A stretch of DNA of 64,000 nucleotides from Bacteroidia bacterium (GCA_020051175.1 JAGVJJ010000004.1:43558-107557), one strand, 5' to 3'. Numbered from the stretch's first letter, positions 47,612 through 62,451 are shown. The notes: generated from the letters alone by a model not told the origin. Numbers and translations: made by a program.

Positions 47612-49420
47612 ATGCAAAACATCAGAAACATTGCCATTATTGCTCACGTTGACCATGGCAAAACCACGTTGGTAGACAAAATTTTACATACCGGGAAACT
47701 GTTCCGTGAAAACGAAACATCAGGAGAGTTGATCCTTGATAACAATGACCTGGAGCGCGAACGCGGGATTACCATTCTTGCCAAAAACGTTTCTGTACGT
47801 TACAAAGGCACTAAAATCAATATCATTGATACTCCGGGACACAGTGACTTTGGAGGTGAGGTAGAGCGTGTATTGAACATGGCGGATGGTGTTGTTCTGT
47901 TGGTAGATGCATTTGAAGGTCCAATGCCTCAAACGCGTTTCGTTACTCAGAAAGCGCTTGCTCAGGGCAAAACCGTTATTCTGATTATTAATAAAGTAGA
48001 TAAACCAAACTGCCGTCCGGATGAGGTGCACGACCAGGTATTTGACCTGTTCTTTAACCTGGATGCTACTGAGGAGCAATTGAACTTCAGAACGGTGTAT
48101 GGTTCATCAAAACAAGGCTGGATGGGCCCGGACTGGAAAACTCCAACTGCTGATATTACCTATTTATTGGATCAAATCATTGATTTTTTCCCGAATGCTC
48201 CTGCACACGAAGGTACCTTGCAAATGCAGATTACCTCGCTTGATTATTCATCTTTCGTTGGTCGTATTGCCGTAGGCCGTGTATTAAGAGGTTCTATCAA
48301 AGAAAATATGCCGGTATCGCTTGTAAAGCGTGATGGAAGCGTTGTTAAATCACGTATTAAGGAATTGTTCACATTCGAAGGTTTGGGTAAGCAAAAAGCT
48401 ACCGAAGTACAGGCAGGGGACATTGTTGCCGTAACTGGTATTGATGGATTTGAAATCGGTGATACCATTGCAGATTTTGAAAATCCGGAAGGTCTTACGC
48501 CAATCGCGATTGATGAACCTACAATGAACATGACGTTTACCATCAATAACTCACCGTTTTTTGGTAAAGAAGGTAAATTTGTTACTTCCCGCCACTTGCG
48601 CGACCGTTTGTTCAAAGAGCTGGAAAAAAATCTTGCATTACGCGTAGAAGAAACCAATTCGGCAGATTCCTACCTGGTGTACGGACGTGGTATTCTCCAC
48701 TTGTCGGTATTGATTGAAACCATGAGACGCGAAGGGTATGAGTTGCAAGTTGGTCAGCCTCAGGTAATTATAAAAGAGGTTGACGGGGTGAAATGTGAGC
48801 CGGTTGAGTATTTAACAGTAGATGTTCCAGAGCCAGTATCAGGTAAAGTGATTGAGTACGTTACACAACGTAAAGGAGACTTAAAAGTAATGGAGCCGAA
48901 AGGCGATTTGATTCATATCGAATTTGAAATCCCTTCTCGTGGTATCATCGGTTTACGTAATAATATTTTAACTGCAACTGCTGGTGAAGCTATTATGGCG
49001 CACCGTTTTAAAGCATTTGAGCCATGGAAAGGCAGCATTCCAAGTCGTGGTAATGGTGTTTTAATTTCTGGTGAACAAGGAACGGCTATTGCTTATTCAA
49101 TTGATAAATTGCAGGACAGAGGTAGATTCTTTGTTGAAGCAGGTGACCCAATCTATACCGGTCAGATCATAGGTGAGAACAACCGCCAGGATGATATGGT
49201 GGTAAACATTACCAAAGAAAAGAAGTTGACAAACATGCGTGCATCCGGAAGTGATGAAAAAATGCGTATAGTGCCTAAAATTACCTTCTCCCTGGAGGAA
49301 GCAATGGAATACATCCAGTGGGATGAATATGTTGAAATAACACCGAAATCGATACGTTTACGTAAAGTGTTGCTGGATGAGAACGAGCGTAAGCGCCAGG
49401 AAAAAAAGCTGGTGTATTAA
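47612..49420 (+). CDS. typA: translational GTPase TypA/BipA
   Basis: 602 aa, with [36 protein letters not shown] and an EF-G-like domain order. Confidence 0.95.
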   Translation: MQNIRNIAIIAHVDHGKTTLVDKILHTGKLFRENETSGELILDNNDLERERGITILAKNVSVRYKGTKINIIDTPGHSDFGGEVERVLNMADGVVLLVDAFEGPMPQTRFVTQKALAQGKTVILIINKVDKPNCRPDEVHDQVFDLFFNLDATEEQLNFRTVYGSSKQGWMGPDWKTPTADITYLLDQIIDFFPNAPAHEGTLQMQITSLDYSSFVGRIAVGRVLRGSIKENMPVSLVKRDGSVVKSRIKELFTFEGLGKQKATEVQAGDIVAVTGIDGFEIGDTIADFENPEGLTPIAIDEPTMNMTFTINNSPFFGKEGKFVTSRHLRDRLFKELEKNLALRVEETNSADSYLVYGRGILHLSVLIETMRREGYELQVGQPQVIIKEVDGVKCEPVEYLTVDVPEPVSGKVIEYVTQRKGDLKVMEPKGDLIHIEFEIPSRGIIGLRNNILTATAGEAIMAHRFKAFEPWKGSIPSRGNGVLISGEQGTAIAYSIDKLQDRGRFFVEAGDPIYTGQIIGENNRQDDMVVNITKEKKLTNMRASGSDEKMRIVPKITFSLEEAMEYIQWDEYVEITPKSIRLRKVLLDENERKRQEKKLVY

Positions 49421-49446
49421 TAGTTTATCTGTTTAAATTTGAAAAA

Positions 49447-49477
49447 CCCCAAACTGTTATGTTTGGGGCTTTTTTAT
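49447..49477 (+). terminator. rho-independent terminator (A-run/T-run on both sides, so bidirectional)
   Basis: CCCCAAAC-tgttat-GTTTGGGG is followed by CTTTTTTATT and preceded by GAAAAA. It lies between convergent typA and the collagen-like gene. Confidence 0.85.
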
Positions 49478-49548
49478 TGCTCATTAATGGCGGATTGTAA
49501 CCGCTGTCCGACTTTGATAATTGTTCTCTAAGCCTATAAAAAGTTATT

Positions 49549-53091
<3,543 letters not shown>

Positions 53092-53405
53092 TTTAAATAA
53101 ATTTGGATGTAAAGTTAACTTAATAACAACATATGAAGCAATTTTTTTTATAGACGAATATTGATTTTGTATCTACGATTGTTTGGTTTGTCTTTTGCTT
53201 AATTTTGAAAAAAGTTGTTGTTTTGGTGCTATTTAGAAGGATAGGGTCGTAATAACATCGTTTGATTTCTGGAATTTTAAAAAGGTGTTGTAAAAAGGGT
53301 GCAGGACAATTCGTCCATCCGGATAAGTTGCAATGGTTATATTTATGGAATTTAATTCCCATAGTTTGTATCTTTCCCGGATTTAGACGGTTATTAATTC
53401 AGAGT

Positions 53406-55517
53406 ATGAAACTTAAATTCATAGTTTTAATTGGTTTTGTTTTTTATGTAGCTACACTGTACTGTCAGTCAGATAGCATAGTTGAGCCCTCTATTGCCTC
53501 AAGTATTGTTGAAGCAGAGTTGAAGGCAAAAGAAATTTCAGTGGATTTAAGCAATCCTGAGGATGTTGAAATGGTGCTTAAAAAAATACATACGTTCAAA
53601 TACCTTGAGTCAATTGTTTTTGAGGGTGATGCGGAGGATGTGGCGCTGAACAAAATTTTATACAGGCTGTCGGTCCTGAAAAACCTGAAAAGCCTAACTT
53701 TTAAAGATAATGGTCTTGTGAAAATGCCTGAAAGTATAGCAGGCCTTAAAACGCTTGAGAAACTTACAATTGAAGGTAATGTGGGGATGGATTATATTGA
53801 TTTGTGTACACGCCTTAGCAATTCAAATATTAGTGAATTGAATCTGCTTGACAATAATCTCAAAGAAAATTCAATCGCTTTAAAGAAAGTCCGTTCACTT
53901 AAAAAGTTGAAAATTTCCGGTAGTAATCAGTTGGATTATAAAGAACTTTTTGAAGAACTTGCTGAGCTTCCGTCTTTGGCTGCACTAGCTATTCCTGTAA
54001 ATTTCCTCACAGAGCTGCCCGACAATATTACCAAGCTGAAAGCCCTGCAGTTGCTGGATGTAAGTGATAATATTCTGGCAACCCTTCCTGATGGTTTGTC
54101 GTCATTGAAAGCAATTAACAATTTGTCGATTCAGGGCAATCTTTTATTAAGTCCCGCAAAGGATCTGGAGAAACTAAAAGGAAACGACATACGTTTTCTG
54201 GCTATTGACAAAGAAGTTTCGGGTGAAGAGATAGAACAAATAAAAAAGATGTTTCCGAATGCAGAGCTCAATTTTCCGGTTGAGCAAACGGAGGAAGAGG
54301 TAGAAGAAGAGTATAAGCTTGACGCATCGCCATCCCCCGTTGCAAAAAATACACTTACAGGAATGCTAAAGACAAAAAAGTCAACGGGTATTCAGTCAGG
54401 CGCTTATCTTTTATACCCTTCTCTTTTTACAGGGATTAATTACACTTTCGATACCTTGCGGTTTGAGGAACGCTATACCAATCTTAATTATACAAATGTT
54501 TACCAGCGCCTGCCAAGCGGTATGGCAGTGGGAGGGGAGTTCGGTTTTGGGTGGTATTGGTTTTATGGCAATTTACGTAAATCATACAAGAATGTTTTTT
54601 ATTTCTATCCCTCTCAAATGTTGTCGGTTAATTACCCTGAGTTACGTGCTTTTTCGGGAATGAAATGGGTATACCAGGGCGAGCTGAGCAGAAGAAAATT
54701 CAGAAAAAAAATACTTAAAAAAAGCTGGAGCGACATCAGGATAGAGTTCGATAAAAACAATAGTCTTTTTACGCTTTACCTTAAATCGCCATCCGGGTTT
54801 GAAAAGATAAATGCTTACCCTTTTGTATCCACTGTAACTCCGATTGAAAAAACGCAACAGACGTACTCAAGAAGATTTTTATTGTATCAAAAGGCGCTCT
54901 CGCGAAGGGCCGAGCAGTTTAAAAGAACGCATGTCAGGGAAAAGCGCAGGTACGATATCAATTTCAACAATATGCTGAACTATGCCTGGAAGGAGCTGCA
55001 ACTCAGCATGAGTGATGAAGAAAAGCTGATGAGTCGTGAAGAATGGCTCGAATACTATGACAATATTGTAGCGAATGAAAAGCAGGCCCTGGAGAATACA
55101 CCACTATTGCTTTCTTACTTTATAAGACGGCTTTCATTACAAGGTATTAAGCCTTCTCCGCAAAGTTTTCTGGAAACGAATGACAATAGGATAAAAAGTT
55201 TTGATGCAGATTTTGTTGACGCAGCAGGTTCCGGGAAACTGGCTGTATCCAATATTATTATTGTTAACACTAAGAGTAATTTGTATTCCCAGGTAAGTGG
55301 AACACTCGGGCTGGCGCCAAACAGGCTTGCTCTCAAACAGTATTCATCTTATCTTGTTTTTGTGGAATTAAGGAATGGTAACCTGGGAGTTGTAACTACT
55401 GAAGAAATTGATAGCAAAATATTTGATCCGACTAAAACAACCGAATTGAAAGTGAAGGTGTTTGATAAAAACCTTAGTACAATGGGCGATTTGATGAGTG
55501 CGGCCAGCCTGAAATAA
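53406..55517 (+). CDS. leucine-rich-repeat (LRR) protein with large uncharacterised C-terminal domain
   Basis: The start is set at MKLKFIVLIGFVFYVATLYCQ (53406). About 10 LRR units follow (LKNLKSLTFKDNGLVKMPESIAGLKTLEKLTIEGN, LKALQLLDVSDNILATLPDGLSSLKAINNLSIQGN). The C-terminal ~400 aa are unassigned. Confidence 0.75.
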   Translation: MKLKFIVLIGFVFYVATLYCQSDSIVEPSIASSIVEAELKAKEISVDLSNPEDVEMVLKKIHTFKYLESIVFEGDAEDVALNKILYRLSVLKNLKSLTFKDNGLVKMPESIAGLKTLEKLTIEGNVGMDYIDLCTRLSNSNISELNLLDNNLKENSIALKKVRSLKKLKISGSNQLDYKELFEELAELPSLAALAIPVNFLTELPDNITKLKALQLLDVSDNILATLPDGLSSLKAINNLSIQGNLLLSPAKDLEKLKGNDIRFLAIDKEVSGEEIEQIKKMFPNAELNFPVEQTEEEVEEEYKLDASPSPVAKNTLTGMLKTKKSTGIQSGAYLLYPSLFTGINYTFDTLRFEERYTNLNYTNVYQRLPSGMAVGGEFGFGWYWFYGNLRKSYKNVFYFYPSQMLSVNYPELRAFSGMKWVYQGELSRRKFRKKILKKSWSDIRIEFDKNNSLFTLYLKSPSGFEKINAYPFVSTVTPIEKTQQTYSRRFLLYQKALSRRAEQFKRTHVREKRRYDINFNNMLNYAWKELQLSMSDEEKLMSREEWLEYYDNIVANEKQALENTPLLLSYFIRRLSLQGIKPSPQSFLETNDNRIKSFDADFVDAAGSGKLAVSNIIIVNTKSNLYSQVSGTLGLAPNRLALKQYSSYLVFVELRNGNLGVVTTEEIDSKIFDPTKTTELKVKVFDKNLSTMGDLMSAASLK

Positions 55518-55585
55518 TTTTTTTTACATTTCGTATCTTTTTCTTTTTTATCCAGTTATTAAAATAAAAACTTAAACAGGCTTCT

Positions 55586-56161
55586 ATGAAAGAAGTAGCA
55601 ACTCCATATCACTATAGTAAGGAGCGTATAGGAAAAGAGCAAGAACTCGTAAGAGAAGCCCAGAATAATCCTGACCGGTTCGATGTACTCTATAATAATT
55701 ACTACGAACAGATATTTCTATTCATATTGAAGCGGGTTGAAACCGAGGATATTGCTGCTGATGTTACATCGCAGGTGTTCCTGAAGGCCCTTACAAATAT
55801 ACATAAATACAAGTCCGTGGGTTTGCCCTTCGGTTCATGGCTTTACCGGATAGCTCGTAATGAATTGTACGACCAGCATTTTAAGAACAGATTGGAATTG
55901 GTCGTGAGTGTAGAGAGCAAAGGCGTTTGGAATATGATAGCCGAAATTGGTGAGGAGAAAAGGGAGGAGGATTACACACGGCTACATGCTGCTCTTGGAA
56001 TGCTCACGAATGAAGACATGGAACTCATTGAGCTTCGTTTTTTTGAGAAGCGCCAGTTCAAAGAGATTGCCGAAATATTGGAGTTGACTGAAAACAATGC
56101 GAAAGTAAAAACATACAGGATACTGGATAAATTAAAAAAATTGCTGAAGAATGAAAGATAA
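55586..56161 (+). CDS. ECF RNA polymerase sigma factor
   Basis: Region 2 is AADVTSQVFLKALTNIHKY...GSWLYRIARNELYD and region 4 is FFEKRQFKEIAEILELTENNAKVKTYRILDKL. Confidence 0.85.
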   Translation: MKEVATPYHYSKERIGKEQELVREAQNNPDRFDVLYNNYYEQIFLFILKRVETEDIAADVTSQVFLKALTNIHKYKSVGLPFGSWLYRIARNELYDQHFKNRLELVVSVESKGVWNMIAEIGEEKREEDYTRLHAALGMLTNEDMELIELRFFEKRQFKEIAEILELTENNAKVKTYRILDKLKKLLKNER

Positions 56162-57728
56162 AAACACCATAAAACGTAAGCTTTTAACAGACCGTAGCCT
56201 TCCTGGTTCTGAGCAAATCAGCAGGCACAAGGATTTTAAAAGCCTGAAACAAAATTATAGTGCAATTAAAAGTAATTGGTTGAAAAAACTTTTTATTGGA
56301 GGAGCTGCTATTGTTGGTACTGCCGTTGTTGCAGTTGTTGTTTATATGTCTGGTACAACCCATGCCGACTCTGTTCAGGCACCAGAGCAGATTGCTACAG
56401 AGCAGCAGCAGGCATTTGTTCAGCAGCCGTTACCTGGAATAGACATTCCTTTTTCATCTTACAGAATTTCTGTAAAAAATGGTGGCACTTTCACGTATAA
56501 GACCGGCAGTACAGTTGTAATTCCTGCTAATGCTTTTGTTGTGAAAGACGGAGATAATTTGAGTGATAGCGTTACAATTAATTACCGGGAATTTCATACA
56601 GCATACGATATTTTTGTATCGGGAATTCCAATGAAATATGATTCTGCTGGTGTTGCCTATACTTTTGAATCCGCTGGTATGATTGAGATAAAAGGATATG
56701 ACGGAAATAAGCCATTGTTGTTGAATAAAGACAAGGAGGTTGAGGTTTCAATGGCTTCAGCTAATAACCAGGCGGATTTTAACCTGTACCACTTAGATAC
56801 ACTGAATAAAAACTGGTCGTACAAAGGGAAAGATAAGATTGTGCCGGTTGATGGAAATAAAGCGGCCAGTGCGATTAAAGCCATTGAGAAGCCTGTAAAA
56901 GAAAGTTTGCCTGTTGCTAAAAACGAACTGCTTGTAACACCAGAATTGGCGAACCAACAAAAATATTGCTTCAACATAGGGTATGATAAGAAGGATTTCC
57001 CGGAATTGAGTGCCTATGAAAACGTTTTATTTGAAGTTGCCGACAATAGCTTTAAACCTGCCTATTATAAAATAAGCTGGGACAAAATTTCCTTGCAAAG
57101 TACAGAGTCAAAAGGTTTGTTTATTGTAAAGCTTAAAAAGGCGGATACTACAATTTCTGTGCGGGCAAAGCCGGTTTTTGATAAAGAGGGTTATGACAAG
57201 GCCCTGAAAGATTTTGAGGCGAAACAGGCCCAGATGCAGGAAAAGGAAAAAATGAAGGAGCAAAGGGAGAATTCAAAATTAACTTCTGTGAATAAGGAAC
57301 TTTCTGCCTATAATCGTAAGGATTTTATACGTGCTGCTAATTTCACTGTCGACAGGAGGTTTACGATTAGGGCTTTTGGGATATATAATTGTGATAGGCC
57401 AATTTTGCCCCGTGTGATTGAAACACAACAGGTGGCGAATGTTCTCAAAGAACGGGAAAAGGAAGAGTTTAAGGGGCCTTCTCCCGGTAGCGTCAATCCG
57501 ATTGTTTATGTGATTGAAAAAGGTAAAAATGCAGTGTTTACTTTTAACGGTGTAAAGGAAGTGAACCTGAACAGGGATGTTCAAAATTTAATATGGACAG
57601 TAACAGATAAAAGGCAAATTGCTTTTTTCAAACCTTCGGATTTTAATAATCCATCAGCACCAGCTAAACCTTTTGTTGCAGACAACCAGGAAATCGCACT
57701 GGCCGAAATAAAGAATTTTTCAAATTAA
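56151..57728 (+). CDS. single-pass membrane protein co-transcribed with the ECF sigma factor (anti-sigma/sensor by position)
   Basis: It overlaps the sigma gene by 11 nt. One TM helix (LFIGGAAIVGTAVVAVVVYM) lies near residue 50, followed by a ~450-aa extracytoplasmic domain. No anti-sigma motif was recognised. Confidence 0.6.
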   Translation: MKDKNTIKRKLLTDRSLPGSEQISRHKDFKSLKQNYSAIKSNWLKKLFIGGAAIVGTAVVAVVVYMSGTTHADSVQAPEQIATEQQQAFVQQPLPGIDIPFSSYRISVKNGGTFTYKTGSTVVIPANAFVVKDGDNLSDSVTINYREFHTAYDIFVSGIPMKYDSAGVAYTFESAGMIEIKGYDGNKPLLLNKDKEVEVSMASANNQADFNLYHLDTLNKNWSYKGKDKIVPVDGNKAASAIKAIEKPVKESLPVAKNELLVTPELANQQKYCFNIGYDKKDFPELSAYENVLFEVADNSFKPAYYKISWDKISLQSTESKGLFIVKLKKADTTISVRAKPVFDKEGYDKALKDFEAKQAQMQEKEKMKEQRENSKLTSVNKELSAYNRKDFIRAANFTVDRRFTIRAFGIYNCDRPILPRVIETQQVANVLKEREKEEFKGPSPGSVNPIVYVIEKGKNAVFTFNGVKEVNLNRDVQNLIWTVTDKRQIAFFKPSDFNNPSAPAKPFVADNQEIALAEIKNFSN

Positions 57729-57731
57729 GAA

Positions 57732-59741
57732 TTACTTCAGAATGATTCTTCCAAGCAGGGAGTTAAAGGTTTTTTTTGCTTCTATCAGCTGTTGTTGTGT
57801 CTGAAGCAATGTTATCATTTCTTCTTCGGGAGGCTGTTCCTTTAATTTGTTCTGAATGCCGTGTATCATCATTTCCAGCTTGCGGCTCTTGAGCGCATAA
57901 ATAGCGTGGTACAATGATTTTTTTAGGATGTTTTCTTCCATAGTTGGATAAATCTGGTGCTGTTCCCACTTGGAAAGTGAATAAGGGGTGCTGATGAGAT
58001 CCACCGTTAAATAAGCAACATCAGTATTCTGGTGGTTTATAAAGTGGTTATAATCAGGTATTGCTTCATTGCTGAGCTGTTCAACAAACTCTTTGTAAAT
58101 GGCATTATATACCGGGTTTTCAAGAACAATCTGGTCGTGTTCCAGCTCATGTACCAGAAGTGAGGCAACGGGAATCTCCACTTGAAGTGGTTTGTTATAT
58201 TCGTCCAGTTCTTCACTCTCCACCAAAACGGTTTTACGGCCATAGTTTAAAAGCAGGCGTATAATATCCCGTTCCTGGTATTCGGCACTTGCATCCAATG
58301 CCTGCTTTTGCGTTTCAGTAATAAGAATTTCTTCTGTATTGATTTCCGGTGGTAGGGTTTCAGATGCAGGGTTTCCTTTATCGTTAAAGCGCTTGTTGCG
58401 GATTTTGTTCAGCTCATTTAATAGGACATGTTCCTCTATATCCATTATTTTACTGCATTCCTTCACATATACCGAGCGGTAAATGGCATCAGGGATAAGA
58501 GCGATACTATCCACTATTTCTTTGATAAGGCCTGCTTTTTTTAGTGGATCGCTTCCCACCTCATTCATCATCAGGTGGGTCTTAAAAGAAATAAAATCTT
58601 TGGAGTTCTTTTCAATAAAGGATTTCAGCTCTTCACTGCTAACGCGTTTGGAATAGGAGTCCGGGTCTTCACCATCCGGAAAAAGTAAAACTTTTACGTT
58701 TAATCCTTCTTCAAGAATCAAATCAATTCCCCTGAAACTGGCTTTGATACCGGCATTGTCACCATCGTATAAAATTGTGATGTTGTTGGTGAGCCTTCGT
58801 ATAACCCTTATCTGGCCTATGGTCAGGGATGTGCCGCTGCTTGCCACTACGTTTTCTATCCCTGCCTGGTGCATGGAAATTACATCTGTATATCCTTCCA
58901 CCAGGAAGCAGTTGTCGAGCCTGGAGATCGCATTTTTGGCGAAATATATACCATACAGCACATCACTCTTATGGTAAATTTCTGATTCAGGCGAGTTGAG
59001 GTACTTCGCTATTTTTTTATCTGTGCGTAATGTGCGTCCTCCAAACGCTATCACACGGCCCGAAACAGAGTGTATCGGGAACATTACACGTCCCCAGAAG
59101 CGGTCAAGATATTTTGCAGCGTTTTTTGTAACGGTTTCTTCTGAACCTGCAGCGGACTCTTCTTCGTTTTTGTATTCAATTGTAAGTCCCGATTTTACGA
59201 GGTACTCGGTTTTGTATCCTTCAGTAACAGCGGCATCCGTAAAAGCACTGCGGTGGTTCATGCTGTAGCCAAGCTGAAACTTTTGTATGATATCATCTCT
59301 GAAGCCCCGCTCCCTGAAATAGCCGAGGCCAACAGATTTGCCCTCGTCCGTATGATGTAAATTATCGGTGAATTTTTTTTGAGCAAATGAAGAAACAACC
59401 AGCAGGCTTTCCCTTTCACTGTTTGATTGAAGCTGTTCGGGGCTCAGCTCTTCTTCCGTTATTTCAATATTGTATTTTTTTGCAAGCTGCCGCAAAGCAT
59501 CCGGATAAGATACTTTATCCTTATCCATAATAAAATTAACAGCATTACCCCCTTTACCGCAGCCGAAACATTTATAAATTCCCTTGGCCGGAGAAACATA
59601 AAAAGAGGGTGTTTTTTCATCGTGGAACGGACAAAGGCCAATAAGATTAGCTCCACGTTTTTTTAATGTAACGTGTTCGCCCACCACTTCTTCAACACGT
59701 GCTGCGTCAAAAATTTTATCTATGTCTTCCTTGCTAATCAA
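57732..59741 (-). CDS. dnaG: DNA primase
   Basis: The CHC2 zinc finger is CPFHDEKTPSFYVSPAKGIYKCFGCGKGGNAVNF and the TOPRIM motifs are VEGYTDVI and LYDGDNAG. Confidence 0.95.
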   Translation of the reverse strand: MISKEDIDKIFDAARVEEVVGEHVTLKKRGANLIGLCPFHDEKTPSFYVSPAKGIYKCFGCGKGGNAVNFIMDKDKVSYPDALRQLAKKYNIEITEEELSPEQLQSNSERESLLVVSSFAQKKFTDNLHHTDEGKSVGLGYFRERGFRDDIIQKFQLGYSMNHRSAFTDAAVTEGYKTEYLVKSGLTIEYKNEEESAAGSEETVTKNAAKYLDRFWGRVMFPIHSVSGRVIAFGGRTLRTDKKIAKYLNSPESEIYHKSDVLYGIYFAKNAISRLDNCFLVEGYTDVISMHQAGIENVVASSGTSLTIGQIRVIRRLTNNITILYDGDNAGIKASFRGIDLILEEGLNVKVLLFPDGEDPDSYSKRVSSEELKSFIEKNSKDFISFKTHLMMNEVGSDPLKKAGLIKEIVDSIALIPDAIYRSVYVKECSKIMDIEEHVLLNELNKIRNKRFNDKGNPASETLPPEINTEEILITETQKQALDASAEYQERDIIRLLLNYGRKTVLVESEELDEYNKPLQVEIPVASLLVHELEHDQIVLENPVYNAIYKEFVEQLSNEAIPDYNHFINHQNTDVAYLTVDLISTPYSLSKWEQHQIYPTMEENILKKSLYHAIYALKSRKLEMMIHGIQNKLKEQPPEEEMITLLQTQQQLIEAKKTFNSLLGRIILK

Positions 59742-59926
59742 AGCGATGCGTTGCCTTTAAAATTGAATCTGCCAGAACCGGATATAACCACTTGCTTTCC
59801 GGGCCGGAATAAGAAACTAATTTACGAAATAAAAAGGAAAAATCAGCCAGGCAATCAAAGATTAAAGCCAAATAATTATAATAATGCACGAAACTGTGGA
59901 TAAGTATCGACCATTGTACGAAGTGA

Positions 59927-61492
59927 TTATTTTAATATGACCACTTTGTGTGTAGAAACAGAATCATTTGTCTTGATTGTAATAGTATAAATGCCATTTG
60001 GCTGGTTTCTCAAGTCCAGTACGATGGCTTGGTCATTATGTGTTTCTGAAAGAATGATGTCACCCTTTTGGTTGTGTACAATTATTTCTTTAAGAAGTTG
60101 ATTTCTTTTTAAAGAAATGTTGAAAATTCCATAAGAGGGATTTGGTGTAACAAATAAGCCTGGTGGTTTGGTTTCAAGCTGGAAAATGCTTGTTGGGGCA
60201 CCTGTCCGTGCAAAAGATTTTACAAACCATACATCAAGCGAGCCGTCCTTTGTATTGGCATATACACTGTACAGCGTATCATCGCGCAGCACGGTCGACA
60301 TAAAATCATTCCCACTTTCAGAAAGGATATCGTCATAAGGAACCAGCATATCGCTAAGAATGAAGTTGGCAGAGAAATTTAAGGAGTCATGATCCCTGAA
60401 TGTTGCATAGAATTCAGAGGCTCTCGCAAATCCATTTCCTGGTGAATTTCTTCGATCGCGCCATGTTATGATTAAATCCCCATCGGTATCAAAATCTGCC
60501 CAAAGCATGTCCTGCATCTTGTTGTTGCTTTGTGGGTCATCGTTTATGCGTAAAGGTGCAGTCCAGCTGGTGCCACTATTGTTGGTTTCAATCATCATGA
60601 TATCAATATCGCCATAAGGTTTGCTTGGGTATACAAATACAAGATGATTACTGTTGGTTGGATCCTGTATAAGTCTGTAAGCCAGCTTGGCGCTGTCATT
60701 AGCAGCAGGTGTTTGAGTATTTGTGAATGTGCGATAAGTAAAATGTGCTCCGTTGTTGGTGCTACTTGCTAAAATATATTGTGGGTAAACATTTTGTGAT
60801 GTTACGTAGCTTGGATACATTGCATGGAATGTATTGCCATATCCACAGGGCGCAGGCATAGGAGCAGCAATAAGATTGCCAACTAGATAATTGACGGTAT
60901 CCAGGTAACGCCATGGTTGCCAAGTAGCGCCACTGTCGGCTGATGTAACAAAATACGGACGATTAGGTGCAGGTATCCAGGGTGCAGGTTTTGTTGTCAG
61001 GTAAAGCTTATCGCCTGTATTATTTACGACAAGCCACGGGCGGTCTATAGGCAGCTTATTTCCATCGGCATACATATCAATCATTTTAACGGGTGCTCCC
61101 CAGCTGAGTCCGCCATTCATGGATTTAAAAAGATATACACCCCCGGAATCGGGATTTTCACGGTAGTCGATATAGCTTAAGAACAAGTTCCCGTTATTAT
61201 CAAAAGCCATAGATGGATCAGCAGATTTATACGTAGGAACAATGTGGGGCATATTGACAGTCGTGTTCCAGCTTAAGCCACCATTAAACGAAGATTTAAC
61301 CTTTATTGTAAGTCCTGAGCCATTATTAAACACAAAGCCCATCCAGGCAACGACAATGTTTTTAGGATTGCTGGGGTTAATAGCAATGTAGGGTTCTCCC
61401 TCAAAAACATTCCCATTGGAAATGTTCTGGTCCTGCGATTTTAATGTGATAAATGATGTCAGAAAAATAGAGATAAAAAGTTTCGTTTTCAT
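59927..61492 (-). CDS. BNR/Asp-box (sialidase-fold) protein with T9SS sorting domain
   Basis: Asp-boxes SFNGGLSWN, SMNGGLSWG, SADSGATWQ and TNNSGTSWT are present. It has a signal peptide and the C-terminus TPNPSYGIFNISL...GIYTITI. Confidence 0.75.
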   Translation of the reverse strand: MKTKLFISIFLTSFITLKSQDQNISNGNVFEGEPYIAINPSNPKNIVVAWMGFVFNNGSGLTIKVKSSFNGGLSWNTTVNMPHIVPTYKSADPSMAFDNNGNLFLSYIDYRENPDSGGVYLFKSMNGGLSWGAPVKMIDMYADGNKLPIDRPWLVVNNTGDKLYLTTKPAPWIPAPNRPYFVTSADSGATWQPWRYLDTVNYLVGNLIAAPMPAPCGYGNTFHAMYPSYVTSQNVYPQYILASSTNNGAHFTYRTFTNTQTPAANDSAKLAYRLIQDPTNSNHLVFVYPSKPYGDIDIMMIETNNSGTSWTAPLRINDDPQSNNKMQDMLWADFDTDGDLIITWRDRRNSPGNGFARASEFYATFRDHDSLNFSANFILSDMLVPYDDILSESGNDFMSTVLRDDTLYSVYANTKDGSLDVWFVKSFARTGAPTSIFQLETKPPGLFVTPNPSYGIFNISLKRNQLLKEIIVHNQKGDIILSETHNDQAIVLDLRNQPNGIYTITIKTNDSVSTHKVVILK

Positions 61493-61548
61493 GGGTGCTT
61501 ATAGGTTGGTACCCATAAAAATAGAAAAAAGCCCGCATGCCACAAATA

Positions 61549-62451
61549 CTATTTTATCTGACTTACAAAGCGATAAAGATTAAAATCCGGCTTTTTTAAT
61601 TCGCTTTCCAACTGTTGTTGTAGCTGTTTTTTGGAAACATTTTTCATTCGCTGGTTTTGAATGAGCCGGTATGCTTTTTCTGCAAGCAAATAAGAGCGTT
61701 TATTATTCACGCCAAGAGCATGGTGCTTGTCAATAGCATCAATAAGCTCGCTTACGCCCTCGTTTTTTGTGGCAGTTGCTTTTATTACCGGAATGTTCCA
61801 GTTTCCAGCGGGTTTGGAATGCACCAGTTGTTGTATGTTTTTCATAAACAATGCAGCTCCATCGCGATCCGATTTGTTTACAACAAACACATCCGCAATT
61901 TCCATAACACCGGATTTTATGCTTTGTATATCATCCCCCGATTCGGGTACCAGCACAAGTACGGTCGTGTCTGCCAGACCAACAATTTCCACCTCGCTTT
62001 GCCCTACACCAACTGTTTCTACTATAATGTAATCAAAAATCGAAGCCCTCATAACATCCGTTATTTCAATGGTTGCAGCCGATAAGCCACCCAAAGAACC
62101 TCGTGTTGCAAGCGAACGGATAAAAACATTCTCATTTGTGAAATGCTCCGCCATTCGCAAGCGATCACCCAGCAAAGAGCCGTAATTAAAAGGAGAGGTA
62201 GGATCGATAGCAATTACACCAACCGTTTTCCCCTTCTCTGTTAGCTGTTTTATAACAGCATTTATCAATGTGCTTTTTCCAGCACCTGGGGGACCAGTTA
62301 TCCCTAGTACAGGCACATTTCGCTTGAAATCAAGTGAGGTTAGTATTTCTTGTGAACCCTCCAATTCATTCTCAACAATAGTGATGCAGCGTGCCAAAGC
62401 TTTTTTATCGCCTTGGTGGAGTTGTTGAATGAGTGTGAGGGCTGCTGTCAT
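61549..62451 (-). CDS. MeaB/ArgK-family G3E GTPase (methylmalonyl-CoA mutase-associated type)
   Basis: The P-loop is GITGPPGAGKSTLI. Other motifs are ETVGVGQSE and VVNKSD (NKxD). The protein is 300 aa. Confidence 0.85.
   Translation of the reverse strand: MTAALTLIQQLHQGDKKALARCITIVENELEGSQEILTSLDFKRNVPVLGITGPPGAGKSTLINAVIKQLTEKGKTVGVIAIDPTSPFNYGSLLGDRLRMAEHFTNENVFIRSLATRGSLGGLSAATIEITDVMRASIFDYIIVETVGVGQSEVEIVGLADTTVLVLVPESGDDIQSIKSGVMEIADVFVVNKSDRDGAALFMKNIQQLVHSKPAGNWNIPVIKATATKNEGVSELIDAIDKHHALGVNNKRSYLLAEKAYRLIQNQRMKNVSKKQLQQQLESELKKPDFNLYRFVSQIK

Noticed and set aside
53120-53362. 80-aa minus-strand ORF in the divergent spacer
   Set aside because: It is AT-rich with no signal or motif, and it overlaps the likely promoter regions of both flanking genes. 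The upstream extension of the LRR ORF (53262-53405) was likewise rejected in favour of the Met that precedes a signal peptide.
59895-59903. Perfect DnaA box (TGTGGATAA = TTATCCACA on the minus strand) upstream of dnaG
   Set aside because: It is a single 9-mer, and roughly 0.5 occurrences are expected by chance in 64 kb on two strands. There is no cluster, no AT-rich unwinding element and no dnaA/dnaN nearby, so it is not an origin.
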